DNA of 64,000 nt, from NCBI GenBank assembly GCA_963796275.1, contig CAWCKY010000006.1, forward strand, positions 2,080,001-2,144,000, read 5' to 3'. Numbering within the stretch: position 1 is the stretch's first letter; each line of letters opens with the position of its first letter. Shown here in pieces: positions 51,968 to 62,729 of this stretch. A model generated the notes under the pieces. That model searched no databases and was not told the origin of the DNA. It saw nothing but the letters and a program-made list of their open reading frames with translations. A program made the translations under genes and the position numbers. The DNA is from an uncultured Acidobacteriota bacterium (lineage in GTDB: Bacteria > Acidobacteriota > Blastocatellia > RBC074).

Positions 51968-53326
51968 ATGACGCAGACCAATGTTTCACGTCGTCAAATG
52001 GTGCGCTCGCTTGTGGGCGGCTCGCTCCTGCTACCCGGCATTCTTTCAGAATTGATAGCGCAGGACGCCAACCCGCTTGCGCCGCAGGCACCGCACTTTC
52101 CGGGCAAGGCCAGGCGTGTGATCTTCATGCCGATGTCCGGCGCGGTTTCGCAGATGGACACCTTCGACCCGAAGCCGAAGCTGGTTGAAGCGGCAGAGAA
52201 GAAGGCCTTGGGCGCAAATAACCGCCCGCTGCTCCGACCGCTGTGGGACTTCAAGCCGAACCGTAAATGCGGCACCGAAGTCAGCGACCTCTTCCCGCAC
52301 ATGCGCGATGTGATGGATGAGGTCTGTCTGATCCGCTCGATGAAGTGCGATCACAACGAACATTTCCAGGCGACGCTCGGCGTCCACACCGGCTCAATCA
52401 CCTTCAAGCGTCCCAGCATTGGCTCGTGGGTGAGTTACGGGTTGGGGACTGAGAATCAAAACTTACCTTCGTTCATCGTCCTCGCGCCTTACCTGCCTTA
52501 TGCGGGCGGGCAGGTGTGGAGCTCCGACTTCCTGCCGGCTGTGCATCAGGGCGTGCGCGTCATCCCCGGCGCCGAGCCGATCCAGGATTTAATGCGCCGC
52601 TCGCCATCGGATCACATTCAACAGCGCGAGTTGGGGTTGCTGGCCGACCTCAATCGACAACACCTGATCAATCGTGAGAACGAATCGGTGCTCGCCGCGC
52701 GGATCAAATCCTTCGAGACGGCTTACGGGATGCAGCGCGAGATGCCCGAAGCGCTCGACCTGTCGAAAGAGACCGATGCGACCCTCAAGCTTTATGGATT
52801 GGAGCGCGGGAGCAGTAAGGGATTCGCGTGGCAGTGCCTGGTGGCGCGGCGCCTGGCCGAACGCGGCGTGCGATTCATCGAGCTGATCGATACCGGCTCA
52901 TCGAATAACTGGGACGCGCACGGCAATCTGAAATCTTATGAAGGGCTGGCGCGCAATGTGGATCAGCCGATGGCCGGTTTGTTGAAAGATTTGAAGTCAC
53001 GCGGTCTGCTCGAAGACACATTAGTAGTGTGGACGACCGAGTACGGTCGCACGCCATGGATTGACCAACCGGACGGGCGCGGCCATCATAACTTCGTTTA
53101 TTCATCGTGGATGGCTGGCGGGGGCGTCAAACCCGGGATCGTCTACGGCCGGTCAGATGAATACGGCGACCAGGTGGCCGAAAACGAAGTCCACGTCCAC
53201 GACTTTCATGCGACGATCCTGCATTTGCTCGGCTTCGACCACACGCGGCTGACCTATCGCTACGGCGGGCGCGATTTCCGCCTGACCGACGTTCACGGCA
53301 ACATCGTCAACGGCATTTTGGCCTGA
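51968..53326 (+). CDS. DUF1501 protein (Tat-type signal, sulfatase-like fold)
   Basis: SRRQMV, SQMDTFDPKP, RPSIGSWVSYGLG, CLVARRL.ERGVRF, WDAH, TEYGRTP, GRDFRLTDV.G. Confidence 0.92.
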   Translation: MTQTNVSRRQMVRSLVGGSLLLPGILSELIAQDANPLAPQAPHFPGKARRVIFMPMSGAVSQMDTFDPKPKLVEAAEKKALGANNRPLLRPLWDFKPNRKCGTEVSDLFPHMRDVMDEVCLIRSMKCDHNEHFQATLGVHTGSITFKRPSIGSWVSYGLGTENQNLPSFIVLAPYLPYAGGQVWSSDFLPAVHQGVRVIPGAEPIQDLMRRSPSDHIQQRELGLLADLNRQHLINRENESVLAARIKSFETAYGMQREMPEALDLSKETDATLKLYGLERGSSKGFAWQCLVARRLAERGVRFIELIDTGSSNNWDAHGNLKSYEGLARNVDQPMAGLLKDLKSRGLLEDTLVVWTTEYGRTPWIDQPDGRGHHNFVYSSWMAGGGVKPGIVYGRSDEYGDQVAENEVHVHDFHATILHLLGFDHTRLTYRYGGRDFRLTDVHGNIVNGILA

Positions 53327-53338
53327 AAGGAGCCTCCT

Positions 53339-54268
53339 ATGTCATCTCACCTATCACGACGCGAGTTCCTGCAATCAGCGACGCTGGCCACAGCGTCTTT
53401 CAGCTCAAGCAAAGCCGGCGATGGGCCGGGCGATGGGCCGGCCGGTCCAGTTGTTATTGATACCCACCTGCATTGCTTTGCGGGCGTAGACGACGCGCGC
53501 TTTCCTTATCATCCGCGCGCGCCATACCGTCCGCCCGCCGCGGCTACGCCGGAGCATCTGTTGAAATGCATGGACGGCGCGGGCGTCAATCATGCCATCG
53601 TCGTGCACCCGGAGCCGTATCAGGACGATCACCGGTACCTCGAGCATTGCCTGCAAGTCGGCAAAGGCCGTTTGAAAGGAACCTGTCTGGTCTTCGCCGA
53701 TCAGCCTATGTCAGTCAAGCAACTGGATGGCCTCGCGAAGCGCGGCGATATCGTGGCGGCGCGGATTCACGCGTACGCGCCCGACCGATTGCCGCCGTTC
53801 GGCAAGCCGGAGCTGCGCGCGCTGTGGAAGAAAGCGAGCGATCTGGGAATGGCCGTGCAGCTTCATTTCGAGCCGCGCTATGCGCCGGGTTTCGAACCTT
53901 ACATCCGCGAATTTGCGCATACCAAAGTGATCATCGATCACCTCGGGCGACCGTTTCAGGGAACGCCCGAAGAGCATGCGGTCGTCGTGCGCTGGTCGCG
54001 CTTCGACAATACGGTGATGAAGCTCGCCGCCCTGCCGCGACCGACCGAATACCCGCATCGTGATCCAGGCTCGGTCATCAAACTGTTGTGTGACGCATAT
54101 GGAGCCGACCGGATGATCTACGGCGGGGGCTTTGGCCCGACAGCCTCGCCCGCTACCTACCGCGCCGCGCGCGAACGTGTACAGTCATATTTATCGCACA
54201 TGAAGCAGGAAGAGCAGGCCAAGGTCCTGGGTCAAACCGCCGTCAGACTCTTCGGGTTTTCGCGTTGA
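53339..54268 (+). CDS. Amidohydrolase_2 family protein (lactonase-like) with Tat signal
   Basis: SRREFL, IDTHLH, IIDHLGR, YGADRM. Confidence 0.82.
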   Translation: MSSHLSRREFLQSATLATASFSSSKAGDGPGDGPAGPVVIDTHLHCFAGVDDARFPYHPRAPYRPPAAATPEHLLKCMDGAGVNHAIVVHPEPYQDDHRYLEHCLQVGKGRLKGTCLVFADQPMSVKQLDGLAKRGDIVAARIHAYAPDRLPPFGKPELRALWKKASDLGMAVQLHFEPRYAPGFEPYIREFAHTKVIIDHLGRPFQGTPEEHAVVVRWSRFDNTVMKLAALPRPTEYPHRDPGSVIKLLCDAYGADRMIYGGGFGPTASPATYRAARERVQSYLSHMKQEEQAKVLGQTAVRLFGFSR

Positions 54269-54567
54269 GAGCTTTGGTTCTACACCCCTCGATCGTTTCA
54301 AGAAAAGATGACGCTCTTCTGGCATCGCCATTTCGCCACCAACCTGAAGAAAGTTCGTGCCTTTTATCGCTCTTCCAGCGTGGCGGAATAGGGCGTATAG
54401 TATGCAGCCATAAATCAGAACGAAATATTCTGGCGCGTCTTTTTGTAACACCGTGAGCTCGTCTCATTGATTTCCGTGCGAGCTTTTCACGTCGCACTCT
54501 TAGGGAGAGTGCGCCAATTCCATCAAGGTAGTTTAGAAGCAAATTACGTCTGACCATTGGAGGTGAT

Positions 54568-57500
54568 ATGCGATTGACTATTGCATCGCTTTTGCTGCTG
54601 GCATGTCCGTCAACTGTATGGCCGCAAGCAGTATCCGCAACGCTGCTGGGCGCCGTCACCGACGCGACCGGCGCCGCGATTCCCAAGGCCGAGATCATGG
54701 TGACGGAAACGGCCACCGGGGTGACTCGCAACGCGCAGACCAACGAACAGGGAATCTACACAATTCCTTATCTAGCTCCGGGGATTTACCGGGTAGAGAT
54801 CGAGGCCAAAAGTTTCAAGAAATTCGTGCTCGAGGGCCTCGAGCTGCGGGCGACCACCTCGACGCGCGCGGATGCGAAGCTCGAGCCGGGACAGGTGGCG
54901 GAAGTTATGGAAATTCGCTCCGGGAGTCCGTTGCTGCAGACCGACCGTTCGGAAGTTTCGCGAAGTTTCAATCGCAAGGCCGTTACCGAACTGCCGCTGG
55001 TGGATCGTAGCTTTCAGTCGCTGGTAGGCCTGATGCCCGGCGTGGCGCCGCCTAGCGTGGACTTTACGCGCGCCGAAGATCCGCAGGGCACCACTTTCTT
55101 CCGGGCCAACGGACAGGGGAATTCGGCGAACAATACGCAGGTGGACGGCGTCGACAATACGAATCCTACCCTGGGGTTGAGCATCTACATCCCGTCGGCC
55201 GAGGTAGTCCAGGAGGTGAATGTCACGACGTCAAACTACAACGCCGAATTCGGTAGAGCGGGCGGCGCCATGCTTAACGTCATCACGCGCGGGGGAACCA
55301 ACGATTTGCATGGTTCGCTGTTTGAATTTCATCGCAACCGATCCTTGCGCGCGCGCAATATGTTCAATGTGTCGCCGCAGCCGAAGCCGAATTTTGTGCG
55401 GAACGAGTTCGGCGGCGTGCTCGGCGGCCCCATCATTCGCAACAAAACGTTCTTTTTCGGCGGATTTCAGGGCCGAACGCTGCGACAGTCCAACACCGTC
55501 ACGACGACGGTTCCGGTGGAAGCCTGGCGGCGCGGGAATTTCAGCGGCGTCCCTGAGCTTGCGATCTATGACCCGGCGACGGGAACGGAGAACGGAGTCG
55601 GCCGCCAACCGTTCGCCGATAACCAAATTCCTGAGGAGCGCATTCACCCGATTGCAAACAAGCTGCTTCCCTTGATTCCGCTGCCGAACCAGCCAGGATT
55701 CCGGGACAACTTGATCGTGAATGTTCCGTTCCGTTATAACGGGTACTCCTACGACGGCCGCGTCGATCACATCTTCGGCGAACGCACTCGCGGATTCGTC
55801 AAATTCAACTACTCCGATTACCGCGTCGAAACCGAAGCCGCGTTTCCCGCGGCGATCGGAGAGGGGACGAAGAGCACGCCATATACAGTAACGACGGTCT
55901 TGAATTTGACCCACAGTTTCAGCCCGACCCTGGTCGCCGAATTCCGCGGCGGTTATAACCGTTACTTCGCCGAGGTGAACGGTCTCAATATGACCGATGT
56001 GACAAATCAGACGCTCGGGATTCAGAACCCGAATCCGGTATCCCATATCGTCGCAAGGGATGGCTCGCATCAACATTGCGGGTGGAATGCAAGGCATGGG
56101 GACCCCGGTCTTCTATCCGTTGATCAACGCCGACAACCTGTTCAATTTCGTCAACACCTGGAACAAACAGGCCGGCAGGCACGCGATCAAATGGGGCATT
56201 GACCTTCATCGCAACCGAATGGACCGCTTTCAGCCGCAGGGTCTGAATTTCGGCCCGCGCGGGTTGTTTGTCTTCAATCCGGGCGTGACGGCGTTGAACG
56301 GCGGGCCGGAGTTGGGCCAGTTCGGCTCCTTTGGAAATTCCTTCGCCGCCTTTCTGCTCGGCGCGCCGGATCAAACCAGCCGAACGTTCATGCCGATCAC
56401 GCCGACAAACCGGCAGACGCAGTTCTTCACGTTTTTCCATGACTCTTTCCAGGTCTCGCGCAAATTGACCTTGGATCTGGGGCTCCGCTGGGAGCTGTAC
56501 ACGACGGTCAAACCGCGTTACCGGGGCGGCGCGTCCAACTACGATCCGTCGACCGACAGCCTGTTGATCGCCGGCTATGGCGAGAACGATCTGGGAAATA
56601 ACGTCAAGACGGACTGGAACAACTTCGCTCCCAGGTTCGGTTTCTCTTATCGGATCGGCGACCGCAGCGTTATTCGTGGCGGTTACGGCCTCAGCTACTA
56701 CACCGGCCGGTTCGGGTTTACGGGCGGAACGCTCTCAACCCAGTTTCCGGTGATTTACAACATCCAGGACGGTGTGGAGAACGACTTTATGAAGAACGGG
56801 AATTTCGAAGCGCTCCCGCCCGTGCCCGATATTCCACTGCCTGAAAACGGCGTTATTACTCCTGACCCGAACCAGGCATTCTTCACGATCCCGAGAGACA
56901 ACCCCATTCCCTTCGTGCACAGTTATAACCTGACTTACCAGCGCGAGGTAGGCTGGAACATGGCCTGGGACATCGGGTATGTCGGTTCCCTGGGTCGCAG
57001 GCTGCCCTTTCAGCAGCAGCTGAACGCGGCGCCGCCGGGGGCCGGCGCCGCGGGACGCCCGTTCAACGTGTTGTTCGAGCGCACCGCCAACGTGGATATG
57101 CGGGCCCACGGCTTGAACAACAACTACAACTCGCTCCAGACCAACATCACAAAGCGCTTTTCGCAAGGGCTGCAGTTCACCGCCGCATATACCTTCAGCA
57201 AAACCATGGGAACGGGAGACGATCAGGGCGGATTCATTGTTCAGACAGACATCCGCCGCAACTACGGCCCAACGGGGTATGACCGAACCCATATGTTCGT
57301 CGCCAGCCATACCTTTGAACTGCCCTTCGGAGCGGGGAAACCGTTACTGCGGTCCGGGCCTGGTCGCCACATACTCGGCGGTTGGCAGTTGAACGGCGTC
57401 TTCCGGTGGGTGAGCGGTGCGCCGTTTACACCGATAGCGGACGCGACAGCCTGCAACTGTCCGGGCAACGGAAACTATGCCACGGTGGTCGCCCCCGCGC

Positions 57501-57817
57501 GATATCTTCGTGGGACCGGGCGCGGGGAGCTCTGGGTCGATCGAAGTTCTTTCCAAGCGCCGGCCGCCAACACCTTCGGTACAGCGGGCCGCAACAGTTT
57601 GCGAGGCCCAGGGTTCAAAAATTATGACCTGTCATTGTTCCGCAACTTGCGCCTCAGCGAGCGCATACGTCTCGAATTGCGCGGCGAAGTCTATAACCTC
57701 ACCAATTCGCCGCGGTGGGGAAATCCAGTGAGTAGCATCAATGACGCAAACTTCGGCCAAATCCTAAGCGCCGGCGGCGAACGCGAACTGCAAGTGGCTG
57801 TGCGGCTGACATTTTAG
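54568..57817 (+). CDS. TonB-dependent receptor (Oar-like), split by a +1 frameshift near 56039
   Basis: N-half in ORF 54568-56202 (LLGAVTDATG, RGGTNDLHGS); C-half in ORF 56060-57817 (LGLRWE, FAPRFGF, VRLTF). Removing one base restores ...NPNPDPISSQGMARI. Confidence 0.88.
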
Positions 57818-57848
57818 AGTGGGCAACAAAATCATCCAGGGACAGAAG

Positions 57849-57883
57849 GCCGGTAGACACGTTCAATTTTGCGTCTCTACCGG
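57849..57883 (+). terminator. Hairpin after the TonB receptor
   Basis: GCCGGTAGACACG...CGTCTCTACCGGC; weak U-tract. Confidence 0.45.
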
Positions 57884-57903
57884 CTCTGAAATACGAATAT
57901 GGG

Positions 57904-58295
57904 CACGCGGTCTTCCTTTCCACATGCGATTTTTGACCCCCTTAAGGCGTAGCTCCGAACATGGATATCTCGTTTGGAGTTCCGCGTTTACGCGGTCTTC
58001 AGCTTTTCGATCGATTTTCAGACCGCCTGAAGGCGGAACTCCAAACAGGATTTCGTTTGGAGTTCCGCGTTTACGCGGTCTTTTTCTTTTCGCATGATTC
58101 CCTGAACGCCTGAATGCGGAACGCCGAACATGGATATCTCGTTTGGAGTTCCGCGTTTACGCGGTCTTCAGCTTTTCGATCGATTTTCAGACCGCCTGAA
58201 GGCGGAACTCCAAACAGGATTTCGCTTGGAGTTCGGCGTTTACGCGGTCTTCCTTTTCGCATGCGATTTTTGACCGCCCCGAGGGCGGAACTCCA
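57904..58295. repeat. Second family-A REP-doublet array (4 clear units, 83/86-bp alternation, plus one degenerate unit)
   Basis: Same TTGGAGTTCCGCGTTTACGCGGTC / GACCGCCTGAAGGCGGAACTCCAAAC arms, different linkers. Unit starts at 57974, 58057, 58143, 58226. Confidence 0.9.
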
Positions 58296-58445
58296 TGTAT
58301 TTTCTCCGAACGAACAGCATCAACTTTTTTTTCGTCAGCCTTGGCGGATTCGCTTCGCTTTGTCGCTATTTGATGTGACGGAGGGTTGCTTGAACCTTAT
58401 GCATATTAAACAATCACAGACCCGGCAAGACAACGGAGGCGAGCG

Positions 58446-61400
58446 ATGAACAAAGATTGGGAAAATATCGATCAGCTTTTTCATCAGGCGCTGGAGTATC
58501 CGAATGAAGCGCGCGCGGAGTTCATAACGCGCGCCACGCAGAACGACACGGCGTTGCGCGGCGAACTGCAGGCTCTGCTCGATGCCCACGAAGCGAATCG
58601 CAGTTTCCTCGAGACGCCCGTGATGCGTGTCGATCTCTCACCCCAGTTTGGCCGCTGGCAGACGCAGATTGTAGAAGCGGTGGCTCCTCCATTCGATAAT
58701 CGGAATGCCGGGCAGATGATCGGGCGCTTGCTAGATGGGAAATACCGTTTAGAGGAATTATGCGGCCGTGGCGGGATGGGGGCCGTATACCGCGCGCTGC
58801 ACGTCGGGACGGGGCGCCGGGTGGCCGTCAAGGTGATCGCCCCGGAATTGGCGGGGAACCCTGAATTCATCGAGCGGTTCCGGCGCGAGGCCAAGACAAT
58901 CGGCCGGTTGCGGCATCCCAATATCGTCAATGTGACCGACTTCGGCATCACGGGCGAGAATGAGCAAACCCTGGCCTATCTGGTGATGGAACACCTGGAA
59001 GGCTGTACGCTGGCGGCCAAGCTCAAAGACAAACGCCCGCTGCCTCTCGCTGATGCGTTGGATATTCTAAACCAGACCTGTGCTGCTATTGATGAAGCGC
59101 ATCGATTGGGGATTCTGCATCGCGATCTCAAACCGGAGAACATATGGCTCGAACCGGTGGGAGCCGGCGGCTGTAACGTGAAGGTGCTGGATTTCGGCAT
59201 CGCCCAGTTGCACGACCTGCTCGCGCTCGAAGAACCGGAGCCATTGCCGGTAATCAGCACAACGAGCCAGAGGGCGACGCCACAATTACAGCCATCCTCC
59301 ATCACCGAAGACGAGACGCTGCGGCTCAACCTGACTTTGCCGCAATTGACGCGATTAGGCACGGTGCTGGGCACGCCGAAATATATGTCGCCCGAACAAT
59401 GCCGGGGCGAAGAACTCGACAACGCCTCGGACATCTACAGCCTGGGCGTGATCGCATATCAGATGCTGTGCGGGGAGGTACCCTTCGCCGGAACCGCTGC
59501 GGAATTGCTGCGACAGCATCGTGAAGTTGCGCCCGTCCCTTTGAGGAAAAAGCGGGGCAATCTGCCCGCCACGCTCGATGCCGTCGTTTGTCAAGCGCTG
59601 GCCAAAGACCCTTCAGCCCGGCCTGCGACGGCAGGCGCGTTCGCCTTCCTGTTGAGCTTGCAGCCTACTGGCAATGACTGGCTGCGCCGGCAGGCCGATG
59701 CCATCACCCGGCAGCACAGATTCAAACTGGCCGAGTTGGCCGTGCGCATACAATGGCGGAGCTGGTTGGTGATCGGCTTGCTCCTGATGGCTACGGTGAA
59801 ATTGCCGGGGCTGCGCCCGCTACAGGCTGGTTTGGTCTTTGGATCTCTCTGGGTGCTGATTTCCGCCATTACGTTATGGAAGCAGAGCTCAATCACAGCG
59901 GCATACACGCTCTTCCTTGAAGAGACGCGGAAAATGGCTGATACGGAGATCAGCACTCGCAACATCGTCGGTGCTATAAGGCAACGCAGGGGAGCTCTGG
60001 CCCGGGCGACATGGGTCGAATTGGCTGGCCTCGCGCGCAAACTAAGTTCGTTCAAGCCGGCTGAAATCAGACGCTGGGCTGATTCTCTGCTGATCGTTCC
60101 GCCTTTGATGCAGGAAGAGCTGAGCGTTGATGAGGCAACGCGGCGGTCGGCCAAACTGATCGCGCCGCTGCGCCAAAAGCTGGTTTATCCTTTCTTCAGG
60201 CGCTTGGTGGCTTTCGCGCTCGTATTGACCACAGGGCAGGTGATGTTGGTGATTTGGGGCAACACGCTTGATGGCGGGAGAAGGGAATTGGAAGAGACGG
60301 TCATCATCAGGCTTCCGTTGATGCTGGCACTCTGCTTCACCGCTTTTAACTTCGCCCTGAAAAGTTCTATCGAGCAAGCCGTACTTTACCTCACCGCCCG
60401 GCAAGCATTAGGCGAGATCACGGCGGAGGCGGCCGGGCTACCTCTCCGCCAGGACACGGAAGTCGGAACTCATGGTTGGTGGCTCGCTTTCAAGACCTAT
60501 GCGCCGACCTGCGCATTATTGCTGCTGCTTATCCACTTGCACCTCCTGAAATTTTCCACGATGAGCGTTGCCATCAATTCAGGCCAGATCTACACCGTCA
60601 AAGCATTGCAAGCAGCTGGTGTTCCGCTCCCATTCTGGTCGCTGCCGGGCACTCCGCCCACAGGCGTTCGACGCTGGGTGCGGAGAGCCTTGCTCCCGTT
60701 TGGGCGGCACAGATTCCAACCTTACGGCCCGCATATCATCGAATCTTGGGCGATGAGCAAATTCCTGCTTGAAAAAGGTGTGAACGTCAATACCCGGCTA
60801 TTACTGGGTGGAAGCTGGACGCCGCCGAGGGTTGGCGATGTCACTATGACACCTTTGCATTTTGCATTGACGTATGGTCGGGTTGAGATCGCTCGCAGGA
60901 TGCTTGCGCACGGCGCTGACATACGCGCGCAGGATTCCATTGGACGCAGCCCATTGACCATCGCCATTACGTATTGCCCGGCCGCCATCGAACTGCTGCT
61001 CGATTCCGGTGCAGAGATCAATGAGCAGACCCGCTTCGGTGCGCCATTGCTGGCAGCGGCGCGATATCAATGGCTTTATCCTTCTCGGGGGATGAGGAGA
61101 ACTATGCAGGAGAGCGAGAACGCCGTCAAAATCCTGATGGAAAAGGGCGCTGATCCGAATACGCGCGATAGCGAAGGGCGCAATGCATTGATGGTCATGT
61201 CAATGGAAAATCGGTCTGATACCAGGTTTGGGATCCCGCCGGGGGAAATAAAAGTAAATCTAGTTTGGGTTAGCGGCATGCCCGAATTTAGGCGAGTAGT
61301 GCCAGGTGGTGTGCCAGATCTGCCCCCTGACAAGGTCTTACAGTTGATCGGCGAAGCATTGTTACAGGCCGGGTGTGACGTCAACGCAGCCGATAGCAAT

Positions 61401-61592
61401 GGGCGTACGCCGCTGATGTATGCTGCGGGTTACAATAGGCTTACCGCAGTCCGCCTGTTGATGGAAGCGGGCGCCAACATCAAGGCCAAGGATAAAAGCG
61501 GAATGACCGCGCTGGACCTGGCAAAGCAGTTAGGGAACCAAGATGTCATCAGGCTGCTTCAGCCAGCTCAGCGTTCAGCCGGAAACCGTTAA
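58446..61592 (+). CDS. Hanks-type Ser/Thr protein kinase with TM region and C-terminal ankyrin repeats
   Basis: GRGGMGAVY, VAVK, HRDLKPEN, DFG, GTPKYMSPE; ankyrin TPLHFA..G, GRTPLMYAA, GMTALDLA; N-terminal W..I..LF..AL domain. Confidence 0.92.
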   Translation: MNKDWENIDQLFHQALEYPNEARAEFITRATQNDTALRGELQALLDAHEANRSFLETPVMRVDLSPQFGRWQTQIVEAVAPPFDNRNAGQMIGRLLDGKYRLEELCGRGGMGAVYRALHVGTGRRVAVKVIAPELAGNPEFIERFRREAKTIGRLRHPNIVNVTDFGITGENEQTLAYLVMEHLEGCTLAAKLKDKRPLPLADALDILNQTCAAIDEAHRLGILHRDLKPENIWLEPVGAGGCNVKVLDFGIAQLHDLLALEEPEPLPVISTTSQRATPQLQPSSITEDETLRLNLTLPQLTRLGTVLGTPKYMSPEQCRGEELDNASDIYSLGVIAYQMLCGEVPFAGTAAELLRQHREVAPVPLRKKRGNLPATLDAVVCQALAKDPSARPATAGAFAFLLSLQPTGNDWLRRQADAITRQHRFKLAELAVRIQWRSWLVIGLLLMATVKLPGLRPLQAGLVFGSLWVLISAITLWKQSSITAAYTLFLEETRKMADTEISTRNIVGAIRQRRGALARATWVELAGLARKLSSFKPAEIRRWADSLLIVPPLMQEELSVDEATRRSAKLIAPLRQKLVYPFFRRLVAFALVLTTGQVMLVIWGNTLDGGRRELEETVIIRLPLMLALCFTAFNFALKSSIEQAVLYLTARQALGEITAEAAGLPLRQDTEVGTHGWWLAFKTYAPTCALLLLLIHLHLLKFSTMSVAINSGQIYTVKALQAAGVPLPFWSLPGTPPTGVRRWVRRALLPFGRHRFQPYGPHIIESWAMSKFLLEKGVNVNTRLLLGGSWTPPRVGDVTMTPLHFALTYGRVEIARRMLAHGADIRAQDSIGRSPLTIAITYCPAAIELLLDSGAEINEQTRFGAPLLAAARYQWLYPSRGMRRTMQESENAVKILMEKGADPNTRDSEGRNALMVMSMENRSDTRFGIPPGEIKVNLVWVSGMPEFRRVVPGGVPDLPPDKVLQLIGEALLQAGCDVNAADSNGRTPLMYAAGYNRLTAVRLLMEAGANIKAKDKSGMTALDLAKQLGNQDVIRLLQPAQRSAGNR

Positions 61593-61671
61593 AAAGCAAA
61601 GACGTCGTCATCTTCTCGGTTGTAAGCAGCACAGGCAAAACACACTCACACTCGGGCCACAACAGATCGAG

Positions 61672-62583
61672 TTACTTGATCGTCAATATCGAAATCTCGG
61701 GTGGAACACCGAAACGAACGGGCATGATGCTCGTGCCGATGCCTGGCGTCACGAACAAATGGCGCCCACCTTCAATGATATGGCCAATGGCATAAGAGCG
61801 ATCTGAAATCACAGGTCGCCCGATAAATGGCAGCCATATCTGTCCACCGTGCGTATGTCCCGCAATCGTCAGCGCGATTCGCTTGGGAATTGCCGGAAAT
61901 AGATCGGGGTTGTGCGTAAACGCGATGGCCGGAGCGTCATCGGTAATTTGCTTCAACGTCGCCGCAATCTTCGGACGGCCCGTCCATTGATCAGCGAATC
62001 CTACCAGCCAAAATGAGCTTCCCTGGTGTTCAATTTTAACCGCCTGATCATCGAGAACTCGGATACCTTCTTTTTCAAAAGATTGCCGGACGCGTCCGTA
62101 GTCATACCAAGAGTCGTGATTTCCTAAAGTGGCGAACACGCCGGCTCTGGCCCTCAGCCTTTTTAATTCAGTGGCAATCTCTTCCGGCTCCGCAATTTGC
62201 CAGCCCAGCGCGGTTTCAACGAAGTCACCGGGCATTAGAATCAAATCGGCTTCAGTAGAATTGGCTTGCTCAACAATTCGGCGCAACCTGCCGAGCGTGA
62301 TATGCGGCGGGCCGACGTGCAGGTCTGAAAACACCGTCACACGCAGATCGCGGAACTCGCCGGGCCAGGCGGGCAATGAGATAGCTGTCGTTCGTACCAC
62401 CAGGCGCATCGGTTCAATGACGAACCCGTAGAGCAACACACCGTTTATCAACGAAGAGAAAATAATGATGCTGCGCTACTGTCGCCATTTGGTGAGCCAT
62501 TGACGCCATCTGCTTATCGGTCGATCTGTCGGCCCCAGTACTAACGGAGAAATTTGCCTGATTGCGCGAGTTGTAACTGACAT
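61672..62583 (-). pseudogene. YkuE-like metallophosphoesterase with an in-frame TAG at 62476-62478 (catalytic domain intact from TTG 62451)
   Basis: SDLH, GDFV, GNHD, THNP, GHTHGGQ. Upstream ATG 62583 is in frame: ...WLTKWRQ*RSIIIFSSLINGVLLYGF. Confidence 0.7.
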
Positions 62584-62590
62584 CAGCCGC

Positions 62591-62677
62591 GAACCACGGA
62601 GATCGCTGAGCTTTGATCGGAAATATCCAGTAATCATTGCTACCCTCTTTAATAAATGTCCGCGATCTCAGTGGTTC
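62591..62677. repeat. Imperfect inverted-repeat element
   Basis: GAACCACGGAGATCGC...GCGATCTCAGTGGTTC. Confidence 0.5.
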
Positions 62678-62729
62678 ATTCCGAGTCTCAATCTTGGAAA
62701 CGCTTTTTAATTCCTTCCGATCCGGACAA

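Noticed and set aside
30230-57904. Prophage, ICE or composite transposon
   Set aside because: No integrase, transposase, tRNA target, phage or conjugation genes seen; only REP arrays bracket the region.
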